Shown here in pieces: positions 52,769 through 64,000 of a stretch of 64,000 nucleotides of DNA (position 1 is its first letter; every line of letters begins with the position of its first letter). The notes beneath the pieces were generated by a model. It was not told where the DNA came from and ran no database searches. It worked only from the letters and a program-made list of their open reading frames with translations. The position numbers were made by a program, and so were the translations under genes. Location: the NCBI GenBank assembly GCA_964016885.1, contig OZ024740.1:312170001-312234000 (forward strand), written 5' to 3'. This DNA is from Eledone cirrhosa. Lineage: Eukaryota.

Positions 52769-52786
52769 TGACGTGATAATCATGTG
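52769..52786. promoter_or_regulatory. Candidate CRE/E-box-like site (TGACGTGA) and M-box (TCATGTG) ~300 bp upstream of the GLB1 ATG
   Basis: Motif match only; MiT/TFE factors bind CACGTG/CATGTG sites at lysosomal genes. Confidence 0.3.
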
Positions 52787-52887
52787 CTCGTTCTGTCTGG
52801 CTCTCGCCCAAACAGAAATAACAACACAATCGGTTCAGTATATGGAAGGAATATATTAGGCTAACGCTTGAAATAACAGGAAGAGGG

Positions 52888-52923
52888 TCTTGATGTTTCG
52901 GACGCTAGCCCTTCATCAGAAGA
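52888..52923 (-). ncRNA. Minimal type I hammerhead ribozyme motif
   Basis: Minus strand: tctt-CTGATGA-a-gggc(tagc)gtcc-GAAA-ca-TC-aaga. Confidence 0.7.
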
Positions 52924-53019
52924 AAGAATAACAAATTAGATAGATTGAAGGGGCGGACGGGGTGGAATTGAAAAAATGTCTTTAGATAAAAATAACAGGT
53001 CCATTCGTGTTGACATCTC

Positions 53020-53252
53020 TAACTTCCATTTTCCACGCTAGCATGGGTAGGACAGGCTGCCCCGTTGCTCACACACAACTGATTTTGGCTTGGTTTCTAC
53101 GACTGGATGTCCTTCCTAACACAAACCACATTTACAATGTGGGCTGGGCGTTTTTAATCGTGACTCCTACACAACAACCTTACAGTGTGGACTGGGTGCT
53201 TTTTGTCGTGATACCTACACGACCACTTTACAGTGTGGGTTGGGCACTTTTT
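53020..53252 (-). mobile_element. RTE 3' tail fragment
   Basis: ttccacgctagcatggg, ctggatgtccttcctaacac motifs. Confidence 0.65.
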
Positions 53253-53926
53253 GTATATATGTAGTGGATAGATGTATTCTTTTCAGGATGAATGATAAAA
53301 AGAATGATGCCAGGATTGTGATGTTGATGTTTATTTACAATAACAAAATTCACTTGTTGGTACATTTGTAGCGAAATCTGTTCACACCTTGAACCCTGGG
53401 TGACACAGAAAGATCAAATTCCAGTATATTTTCGGCATGACAAGTTCATGCATGGGCGATCCCTCGAGGTGGGAAACAAAACGACAGTACGCGAGAGAAT
53501 AGTTATGCAAAACATTAACCACTAACTACAGGCTCCTGGGGTCTACAGACTTCTACAAACCTTTACTCTCTCTCTCTCCTGGTCTACAGACTTCTCACCT
53601 TCTCTGGCCACAGACTACACCAGCATCATGAAGCAACGTCAAAAACACTTTCAAACGTTATAACTCTTAGTAACCTATTCTTTGTTCATTTATGAAATGA
53701 AGTGAAGTAAATCTTTTATATCAAAAGTAAACTGGCTATTCGTGTTATTTCTTCTAATAACTACTAACCAGCTTCGCTTCACATTGAATATTGAGTAACA
53801 AAATCGTGACAGCAATTATCACTACATTATTTGCTGACTAGCTACTTCGAGCTAGCGTGTATGCATGTATCAATAAAACGATACAATAGAAGTGAAATAA
53901 CAGGAAGCCGATAGGGATAAATAAAT

Positions 53927-54370
53927 TGTAATGGGGAAAAATATAATGAAACCTACTCTGTGTGTGTGTGTTTGTTTATCCTTAGTTTATGTTGTTCCTG
54001 TGATAGTTGGTCAATCTGCCGAGCAGGTATGAAATGTGAGAGCCTGTAAGGCCAGGAGAGAGAGATAGATACATCGTTAACTTCTCACAGACTGCTGCTT
54101 CGTGGTATCTCTGCTGGACTCTCTAAGTACTTGTATTTATAATAACCCTATAGCTAGAAGGATGTGTATATGGGTTGATTTAAGAGTAGCCATGTATGTT
54201 TCATCTGTCAAGAACCTGGAGTCACAGATCAAGTGGTATATATGTTTATCATAGTTGTCTCTTGACAGGACAATGGTGGGAACTCCCAACAATAGGTGGT
54301 TTTAGAGGTGAGAACCCTCAAATTCGGTTTCGAATCTTCGCCAGGTAAAACATAGGAATATTCCGTTACA
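53927..54370. mobile_element. Possible solo LTR
   Basis: TG...CA ends with short inverted termini tgtaatgg/ccgttaca, 444 bp; no convincing TSD. Confidence 0.4.
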
Positions 54371-54382
54371 TATATATATATA

Positions 54383-54880
54383 CTAGCTGAGTAGTCCATT
54401 GTTGCCGGGCAATAATCACAATTGTATGTATTAATTTCAAAATTTTATTTATTCCCTGTCAGACCATGTCTTCCCCAAAAGATAGTCCCGTTGATGAGGA
54501 GAGATTTCTTTATTAATTGGGTCAATTTATAATGTTTGTATAAACAATGTTTGTTATTTTTCCATCTGATGCATAGATGTAAAGATTTTTCTAACTTCCT
54601 ACTGTTGAACATCCAACGGAAAGCTGACCATAGGTGAAGCAGAGCTCTTCAACGTGTAAACTGGCAACCAAAAATGTTTGTCCTTGTGATTTGTTGATGG
54701 TCATTGCAAAACTAAGACCCATTGGAAATTGAAGTCATTTGAATTGAAATGGGTCATCAGTGGGGATAAGAGGAATTCTTGGAACAAATACATCTTCTCT
54801 ACCACATCCTGTTGAAATGCTGGCTTGAATCACATGTGGATACATATTTTTTACAACTAATTGCCATTGCATAGCCTTGG
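54383..54880 (-). mobile_element. Helitron 3' end with PIF1-like helicase C-terminal remnant
   Basis: Minus strand [38 protein letters not shown]..YGQL; terminus gcccggcaac..tactcagCTAG|t. Confidence 0.85.
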
Positions 54881-55463
54881 TAAACTTGCTTCAAATGAGA
54901 CAAACTCGTCTAATCCATGCTAGCGTGGAAAATAAATGTTCACTCATGATGATGATGAGGATGATGATGATGATATATGTACATTATATTTCATTTTTGT
55001 GTTTGGTTTGCAAGACTCTTAATGTGAAATATTACTTAAAATAGATGCTATTGTATTTTCTGGAGATCTTCCTGCCAATACAAACATTGGTTGTTTTTCA
55101 TTTTACTTCTATTATCAATCATTAGATAATTTGTTAGTTAAGTAATTAATTATTTATTTTATTAATTAATTGGATAATCAGGTCTTCAGAGTCATTTCAT
55201 TGCCGCCTGTAACCTTATCGATGACAATATCCTCCTCATGCTCTTCCTCTTCATCAGCACTTAGTCTGTATTCTCTGTTTGTTTCTCTGTTTAAACAGAT
55301 AACATAGAGTAGGTGCTGGTGAAAAAGAACTTCATAAGTCACACATTTCACTATGAAATGTGTGACTTACAAAAAATATACATGTATTTTGCTTGCTGGA
55401 CTTACAAAACCTCAATTCAAAATATATGGCACATTGTAAATGTATCTATATACATATATATAT

Positions 55464-55561
55464 GGGAAAAGTGTCAGGACCCCCGACGGCTGAGCTCCGG
55501 CCGTTTTGAGAGCTAGATCCAAAACAGCTGGAGCTCAGCTGTCGGGGTCCTGACTCTTCCT
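55464..55561. repeat. Long GC-rich hairpin within a repeat family (related copy ~59295-59470, opposite orientation)
   Basis: gtcaggacccccgacggctgagctccggccgttttg / caaaacagctggagctcagctgtcggggtcctgac; flank 55561-55628 is inverted at 59295-59360. Confidence 0.75.
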
Positions 55562-55643
55562 ATTACCCACTCTACTACTCTAAGTATCAAGTACTCTGGT
55601 GCGTTATGGTCCACCTAGTATCTTACCACACCTTCTTTATTAT

Positions 55644-56478
55644 ATCATCATCATCATCATCATCATTTTACGTCCGCTTTTCCCTGCTTGCAAGGGTGGG
55701 ACGGGTTCTATTCAGCACAGTATCTCTCCACTTGTCATGGTCCTCCTCGGTGAGTTTCAGTGATCTGAGGTCTGCTCTCACCACCTCCTCCCATGTTTTA
55801 TGTGGTCTACCTCTGCTGCCTATTCTTTCTACTGGGATTTCTTTGCACTTCTTTATCCAGCGGTCATCCTCCATGCGCATCACATACCCATACCATCTCA
55901 GCCTTCTCTCCTGCACACCACAACTTATCCCTCTTATACCCAGTTTCTTTCTCAACTCGTCCATCCTTGGTCGTTCATGCACATTGACATTGCACATCCA
56001 ACGGAGCATACTTGCTTCATTTCTCTCCAGCCGTCGCATATCCTCTGCAGTTGCCGCCCATGTCTCACTACCATGCAGCATTGCACATCTCACACAGGCA
56101 TCATATAACCGTCCTTTCGTATGCAGGGAGAAACCCTTCTTTGTCAACAAAGGAAGTAGCTCCCTAAACTTCTTCTAACCCGTCTTTATTCTAGATACTA
56201 TGGCCTCGGAACACCCCTCCTCCCTTGCTAATCTGATCTCCTAGGTACTGGAAGTTATCAACCACTTCTATAGAACCCACCTGCATTGGAAAAATGTGTC
56301 TATCACTGCGATTAATACTGCCAACTTTCCCTGTACATCTACTGCATACGTAGTTTTCCCTACCTGTTAGTTTGCCTGCTATCCCATTACATCTCTTGTG
56401 TACCCAAGATCTGCATTGCGTACATTTTATGGAATTTATGCCAGTTCTTTTCCTACATATCGAACATGGCCATTTCCC
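55644..56478 (-). mobile_element. 5'-truncated RTE family B copy
   Basis: ORFs 55668-56150 and 56191-56646 match the 493-aa RT C-terminus; one in-frame stop. Confidence 0.9.
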
Positions 56479-59400
56479 TATATATGTGTGTGTATGTATG
56501 TATGTATGTATATCATTATCATCATCATCATCATCTCTACTGACAAGAATTGGTTGGATCTTCACAGACCAAGTCAGTACTGGAGCAGGTCTATTGACAT
56601 CCCAGACAGGCTGAGAGCCCGGATTCTCACTGACATACAGTTCCATGCTCTACTGAGTGCATTTTATCATAGCACAAGCGCTAGGAAGATTGTCATGTTT
56701 TCACATAACTGAGGAGGCCTCACAACCCTTTGTTTTGCAAGCTTTTTTATGGCTGAGGGCCCTTCCTAACACCAATCACTTTACAATGAGTGCAGGGTGC
56801 ATTTATCATGTAGGTTACCAACATCAAGGAGATTGTTATGTCCTTGGCACAACTGGAAGATCCTTCCATGACTATACATATATATAATGTTTTTCTTTTA
56901 CTTGTTTCAGTCAATAGACTGTATCCAGATGGAAGCCGTCTTGATTTAGTTGATCACATCAACCCCAGTCCTTATTTCTTTAAGTCTTGTACTTATTTTA
57001 TCGATCTCTCTTTTTATCAAACCACTAAGTTATGGGACATAAACACAGAGGCAAATGTAAACATAAACACATACGCAATCACACATACACACACATATAT
57101 ATACAATGGGTTTCTAAAGTTTCCATCTAAAGGTTTGATGCAGTGGAACTGAACCCAGAACCAACTGGTTGTGAAACAAATTCCTTAAATATTCAGCCCC
57201 CCTGCCTCACACACAAATGCACATCTCAAATGCACACCTCAAATTATAGTGTCAGGTGGTAAAATTAAGTTGTGCATTGCCTGAGCCATTGAACTGCTGT
57301 AATCTCTCTGACATTTCATTTAAATATTTCCAAACATATCTATTAGTATAAATAATACATGTATATATTCATACACATATATATCATCACATCATCCTGT
57401 CACCCTATTAAATCTATTTACCACAGAGAAATCTCAGTGCCTGGGATCCATGGAAGAGGCAGAATCAAGAAGACTCTGAGGTAGTGAAGATCAAACATAA
57501 GACTAAACTCAACAGAGATGACAAAGGACCATGAGAATTGGTCAAGTGTGTTTACATGAATGACTCTTCCAGTGCGTCTTCCTCACCATCCTCCGGGTAA
57601 ACACCTTTTCTATTCTGTCCGCCGGGCCTGTGGGGCAGCTAGTGCATGGGCCCCCATTTGCTCATAATAGTGAGAGATGGGGAGAGCGGGAGAGACAAAG
57701 GCAGTGGCAGTTTGGTTCTTTTGTGTTCGAACCTGGTGTATATTTATGTTTCACGGACACCATGAGAATTAGTGATATGCTATACGGGAGAAACCTACCA
57801 ACAAACATAAAATGTGACCTGAATCATCAACATGCACCCCTCTCCACTAGCATATCTTAGTAGCTACCCTCACTACTACTCTAGTAGCCTTACTCACCAT
57901 CACTGTACATCCTCACCCCATCCATTCCCTTTCCACTATCACTCCTTAGCTATTCCCACCATCACTATACCCTGCCACTAAAATCCTCAGTGGTTACTCT
58001 CTCCATCCTTGTGCACTTCCCTTGTGCATCACTGATGTTGTGAGGTGTTGTAATCTGGCTTTTGCTAACTATGTTACTCATCATGATGAAACCACTGGAA
58101 GATTGCTCCCCTGCAAAGAAACAAGTTGGCCAGCCCTATATCACCTTGAAATCAATGATCAAACCCACACACAGATATGGATATAATTCACCTATAATAG
58201 CATGGACAAGATGGCATTTGTATATTATATTATTGGAGAAGGCAGATAACCGCTCATACTACTACTAAACATTTAATCAATTAAAAGTCATATACAACAG
58301 TTGACTAATATATCTTGCATTGATCAGCACATCTCAATAGTAGCTTATCCTTTTCTGTATTATAAGAATCTATATGGGCTATTATAATTTCTGAGTTCTT
58401 TAGCACTAAATAAATGTGAGTTAAATGTTTCTCTCAATTGGATCCCATTCTCTAGCTGGTAGCTTTTCCATTCTGAAAAAAATTAATTTAACACTGCAAA
58501 TAAATCAACTATTCATCATTCTCAAGTGTTGCTATCACTACTTACAATACAGTCATAAAATCCCTCTCATATCACACCCTATCATCTTAAATAGTGTAGT
58601 CCTAGGTAACTCTAAGACATCATAGTCATGAATTCCTTTAATTATAGGTTTGCTAAATCAAGATTAAAATAATAGAAATAACAACTACAACAAAAACAAC
58701 AACAACCTAGTGGCAGTGAACTCAATCTAGTGTTAGTGAGAGAATCCCAAATTGATGGCTTCTTAGCTGATGGTTTAGTGCTATAACAATATAGTGTCAA
58801 CAACACTATGAGAATGACAAATTTTGAAATCAATAACATATGGTCTTTACCCTAGCTTTTTCTTTTATCTCAGAGTTAATGTGACTTCAAGATTAGATAC
58901 AATAATTTCTAACATGGGCACAAGGCCACAAATTTTGTTGGGTGGAGCTGTCAATCATATATCGAATGACACATATTTTATCAACAACAGAAAGATAAAT
59001 CGTAATGTTGGGTCTGGTAGGATTTGAACTCAGTATGTAAAGCGATGGAAGTACCATATGGTAGTTTATCTCTTGATCTATCAATTCAACCAGCTTTTAG
59101 GTTATAAATAGCGTTAAAATAAATGTCATAATTAAAATTTATTTCTTATACGGATTCAAGGTTTGGAATTTTGAGGAAAGGTTTAGTTGGTTATATTGAT
59201 ACAAGTACTTATATATTCACTGTAATATATATATGTGTATGTATGTCTGTGTGTATATATATGTATAAATATATATAAATCAAGATGGATACAGTAAGAA
59301 ACTGGTTAGACCATTATTCACCAGAATACTTGATACTTGGAGTAGTAGAGTATGGTTATATGAAATTGTGGGGACCCCTTGTCGTTTCAACTGCTAGTTC

Positions 59401-60199
59401 CAGACTCTAACTAGTCTGCAGTCTGGAATTAGCTGCTGAAAAGCTCAGCTGTTGGGGTCCCAACTCTTTCATGTCTACACACATATATATATATATATAT
59501 GTGTGTTAAGTATTTTCGTAGAAAAAGTAAAAGAAAGAAGAGTGCTTTATGTATAGTACAGAGCTATTTAATTATGTAATAAACAACACAATATAACTAT
59601 TCCATTGTGTTGTTTATTACATATATATGCATATATATATATATATAGGAAAATCTGCTTCGTAGAATCAAGACATATCTAAGGACCTTGCGATTTTCAG
59701 AGTCAGGTTCGATCATCACATCAATCGTGCCTCGAGCTGATCGCCAGAGAAACGATTGTAATATGTCCAATAAATTCCATTCGTCGCAACACTGATTCTC
59801 TTTTTTCTGTGATATATATATATATATATATATATCATCATCATTCAGTTTTCCATATTTGCATGGTCTTCTCCAGCACAACTTTTCTCGCTTATTGTCC
59901 TTATCAACTCTTCTGGCAGTTTCTAGAAATTGAGAGCAGCTCTCACCACTTCAGTTCAGGTTTTCGTTGGTCTTCCTCTTACACAGCTTCATTCCAGTGG
60001 GATTATCATCCATGCACATTATGTATCCCAGCCACCACAATCTTCTCTCTTGCACACAACATCCCTTTGTGGTACATGTGTGTTGTATTATCTGTATACT
60101 TGGTTATTTGTTCTGCCTTGCATATGTGTGTTAGTTGTGTGTGTGGGTAAGGGGGCTCTGCTGTATATGTGTGTTTCTATAAGAATCAGGAGAACTGGC

Positions 60200-60740
60200 T
60201 TCAGCACCACAATCAAATCATGAAAGCACAGGCTTTATTGGCAATTGAAATATTGTACAAAACACAGAAAATTGTGACAAAAATTTTTTTTTTAATTGTC
60301 GGCTGAGCAAGATGATTTTAGCTAAGTTGTTTATAATATTCTTTGGTTGGTTTGATAGGGTCTCAATTTATTTGTGGTAGGAATAGTACAGAGAATTATT
60401 TATGTTTTGGTCACATCCTGAAAAGTAGCAACCGTGACATTTATGTCTGTAAGGATCTTAAGCTCAAAGTTTTTAAAGAAAAGGTGTAAGTCTTTTTCAA
60501 TCTCTCTGTATGTTGTAGATTAAAATTATTTAGAAGTAGACGGGCATAATCTCTGTAATTGGGGGAGCTTTAACAGTTTCTTCAGATTGTTTGGAAACCA
60601 TGCTGACACCAAATGGAATTCTGAGTGCTTTTTTTTATTCATATAGAATTGTCAAAGTTTATAACAGTTTATAATATCTATTTTAAAATCTCCTTGATAG
60701 GTTTGGCTGTTGGTTTTGTCTGAAAGAAGAGGCTATGCTT
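60200..60740 (-). mobile_element. Decayed Penelope-like RT fragment
   Basis: Minus strand SDKT and ERLKKDLH..KNFELKILTDINVTVATFQDV, resembling DRLRKDLIKTFASFNLKITIDTNLSNVNFLDI at ~2860-2950. Confidence 0.5.
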
Positions 60741-61195
60741 ATGGTCTCCATGAACTCCTCAAGAACTGTGCAGTTGTTATGGTTAATGTTCTACTTGAAT
60801 AGTTGCAAGTTGATGACTGCTGGACAAACATGGGCAAGAAGGTCATTTCAGAGTGATGACATTCTGAAGAGGAAGGACTGGGTATAATGTTTAGTGTGGG
60901 AACAAGAGTGATGAACATAATATGGATAATAGAGGAAAAGAGTAAGTGATTTGAAAATGTCTGAGTAGAAGGACCAATGGGCCAGTTCTGAGAATCAGAA
61001 GCCAAAGTGGTAGAAAAGACAGAAAAAGGAGATAACATGTCTGTGAGCTAGGGTTCAGATTGTTTGGCTGTGCAATTTCATGCCAATCAGTTAGATGGCT
61101 TAAAACATTGGTTAAGTCATTTATATCATCATCATCATCATCATCATCATCATTTTATGCCCGCTTTACCCTGCTTGCAAGGGTGAAACGATATA

Positions 61196-61231
<36 letters not shown>

Positions 61232-61344
61232 TTCTGATGAATATGCAAGTTTGACCAAAACTATTTAATTTAGAAGTCAGCCTAAAGTATGAAATATGGA
61301 AAGTCATAAACTAAGAGTAAGGAAATAAATCTTGTAATTAACAA

Positions 61345-61548
61345 TTAACCCTTTAGCATTTACATTACTATTGTATTTTCACAGAAAAGTCTTTACCTCC
61401 ATTATATCAAATTTATGAGATTTTGAGATTATTTATTTTGAGAACTATACCTTAATATCAGTATGAGTGGCCAGTTACAGCCAGTTTGAACAGAAAGAGG
61501 TAAGAGAATTCTGGCTGGATATAGCTGGTTTAAATACTAAAGGGTTAA
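61345..61548. mobile_element. piggyBac-type MITE copy
   Basis: TTAA-ccctttagcattt ... aaatactaaaggg-TTAA. Confidence 0.7.
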
Positions 61549-62007
61549 CCAAGAAGTGTGAAAACATACTAAATATAACAGCAGCTGCTAGTTCCAACAC
61601 ATCCTGTCTTAAACCATTAGATTTCAACACTCATTCTACCCCCTACTATCTCAACATTATTTCTTGATCATATTAGATATGATTTTCTTTTTCATATTTA
61701 AACATACATGTTTCCTGTCATTGTTCCCACACAATTCATCATCACTTAAAGTTTTCTCTTCAAAATGTTTCCATACCCCACTTCTCTCTCTATCTCTCTC
61801 TACACACACATACACTCACACACATATACACAAATGTATAACCAAGCACATACACATGCACACATACACATACATACATGGTTGAAATAAATAAACAAGA
61901 TCACTCACTAGAATATAGTCAATGTGTGTGTGTATGTATGCCTGCACACATACACACACAGATATACATGGGTGAGTACATGTATTCATGAACACACCAA
62001 CATATAT

Positions 62008-63507
62008 ATCATCATCATCGTTTAACGTCCATCTTCCACGCTTGCATGGGTTTGGACGGGAATTTTCCCACTTGAGGCAAGATTGGTTGTCTTGCGGGTT
62101 TTCTACGGCTGGATGCCCTTCCTAACACCAACCACGTTTACAGTGTGGACTGGGAGGTTTTTACCGTGTTACCTACACGGCTACATTACAGCGTGGACTG
62201 TGTGTTTTTTTGTCATGACACCTACACGACCTCATTTGTTTCGGACTGGATGTTGTGGTACTAACATAACTTTACATTGAAAAGGGTGGTGTGGATGGGT
62301 GGGGGTAGTGGGACGGGGGTGTATTTTTGTTAGAGGTGCCTACTGACTGTAGGTTTCGCTTTGTACTTAGGCAAGGCGGGTCTTCTGTATTACTGTGTAG
62401 TGCCAAAGATCTCGGTCCAGTGACATTGTCTTGGAGAGGTGTAAGTGTGTGAGGTCGGAATTAATCAAGTCGTCCCAGGTTTTTCTGGGTCTGCCTACTC
62501 CGTGGCTACCGTCTATTTTTATCGCCCTGCACTTTTTTATACGGCTGTCGTCTTTCATGCGCATCACGTGACCATACCAACGTAGTCTTCTCTCGAGTAA
62601 ACAACATCTGATCCCTCTTATTCCTAATTTCTCCCTTAGTTCGTTTATGCTTTGCCGTTCACGTATATTACTATTACACATCCAGCGGAGCATGCAAGCT
62701 TCGTTCCTCTCCAGTCTGCATATATCCTCTGCACACAATGCCCAGGTCTCACTGCCATGTAACATTGCTGTTCGTATACAGGCATCATACAGCCTGCCTT
62801 TCATTTTTAGAGAGAACCCTTTAGCGGCCAATAGTGGTATAAGCTCTCTGAACTTTTTCCATCCCGTTCTGACTCTAGCTACTGTACTTTCAGAGCACCC
62901 TCCACCACTGCTGATTTTGTCACCCAGGTAACGGAAGGTGTCAACTATTTCTATAGAACCATCTGTGCAATGTAATGAGCTAGTATTCTGTGGGCACTTG
63001 CTGCTACTTATTGCACCAGAGCACCGGCCACATATAAAATCTATATTCTTAGTTAGCTTACCTGTGATCCCTCTACATCTTTTATGCACCCATACTTTGC
63101 ATTTGGGACATAAAATGGAGTTTCTGCCTACTCCTTTCCTACACACTGAGCATGGCCATTTCCCAGATGGGACCGGTGCCCTATTTTCCTTCCTACAAAC
63201 TAGAACTTTAGTCTTAGACAGGTTAATTTTAAGGCCTTTTGATTCTAGGCCGTGCTTCCATGTTTGGAATTTCTTCTCTAGCTCGGCCATTGATTCAGCT
63301 ATGAGCGTTAGATCATCTGCGTATAGGAGTTTCCATGGGCAGCCGGTCTTGAACTCCTCTGTTATAGCCTGAAGGGCAATAATAAATAGTAGGGGGTTAA
63401 GAACGGAGCCCTGATGAACACCAACTTTTATGCTAAACTCTTCACTATATTCATTGTTAATTCTAACCTTGCTGACTGTTTCTTTATACATGGCTTGTAT
63501 AGCTCTT
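62008..63507 (-). mobile_element. 5'-truncated RTE family A copy with open frame (ORF 62367-63524)
   Basis: Protein closely matches the C-terminal ~380 aa of the 1006-aa ORF; 3' UTR and (TGA)n tail present. Confidence 0.93.
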
Positions 63508-63509
63508 AT

Positions 63510-63897
63510 ATATGCAGAAGACATGTGTAGATGGGAGAAAGTGAAGCAACCATACTCTTTTGGATGTGTAATGTAAGTGTGAGAAAAAGGCAGAGCCTGG
63601 ATGAGTTGAGGAAGAAGCTGGGTTTAAGAGGAATCTGAGGTGGTGTGCAGGAGAGAAAACTGCATTGGGTTGGACATGTGATGCACATGGATAATGTGTA
63701 TCCCATGTGACAAGAAATGCCTGTGGAAGAAAGTCTTGGTAGAAGTAGACCAAGAAAGACCTGGGCAGATGTGGGAGCTGACCTCAAATCACTGAGACTC
63801 ACAGAGCAGATGACAAAGGATTGCGATGAGTGGAGAGATGCTCTGCTGAGAAGGACCCGTCCAGCCCATGCAAGCATGGAAAAACGATGATTGATGA
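63510..63897 (+). mobile_element. Decayed RTE family B 3' fragment
   Basis: Homologous to the end of 40743-42241; a further minus-strand RTE tail starts at ~63908. Confidence 0.75.
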
Positions 63898-64000
63898 TAT
63901 ATATATATCATCATCATCATCATCATCATCATTTAACGTCTATCTTCCAAGCTAGCATGGGTTTGACGGGAATTGTCCCATTTGAGGTAAGGTCGATCGG

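Overview
AT-rich, microsatellite-dense animal genomic DNA. The repeat content (RTE LINEs with (TGA)n tails, Nin-domain SINEs, Penelope-like elements) suggests a mollusc, probably a cephalopod such as Octopus; this is inference. The only host gene I can support is the 5' end of a minus-strand GH35 lysosomal beta-galactosidase (GLB1-like): exon 1 at 52411-52473 (signal peptide) and exon 2 at 39512-39678. I saw no exon 3 in the remaining ~39.5 kb. The rest is mostly transposon-derived: one full-length RTE LINE with an open 1006-aa APE-RT ORF, many truncated RTE copies, several Penelope-like elements, SINEs, MITEs and a Helitron end. Highlights: (1) an antisense duplicate of most of GLB1 exon 2 plus its 5' splice site lies in intron 1 and could fold back on the exon as a ~280-bp dsRNA (possible ADAR-editing or splice-masking element); (2) about 11 hammerhead-ribozyme motifs from ~7 unrelated repeat families, including a retrozyme-like tandem unit; (3) the RTE carries a PHD-type zinc finger inside its RT and a 202-bp monomer array at its 5' end. 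All calls were made by eye; repeat boundaries are approximate.
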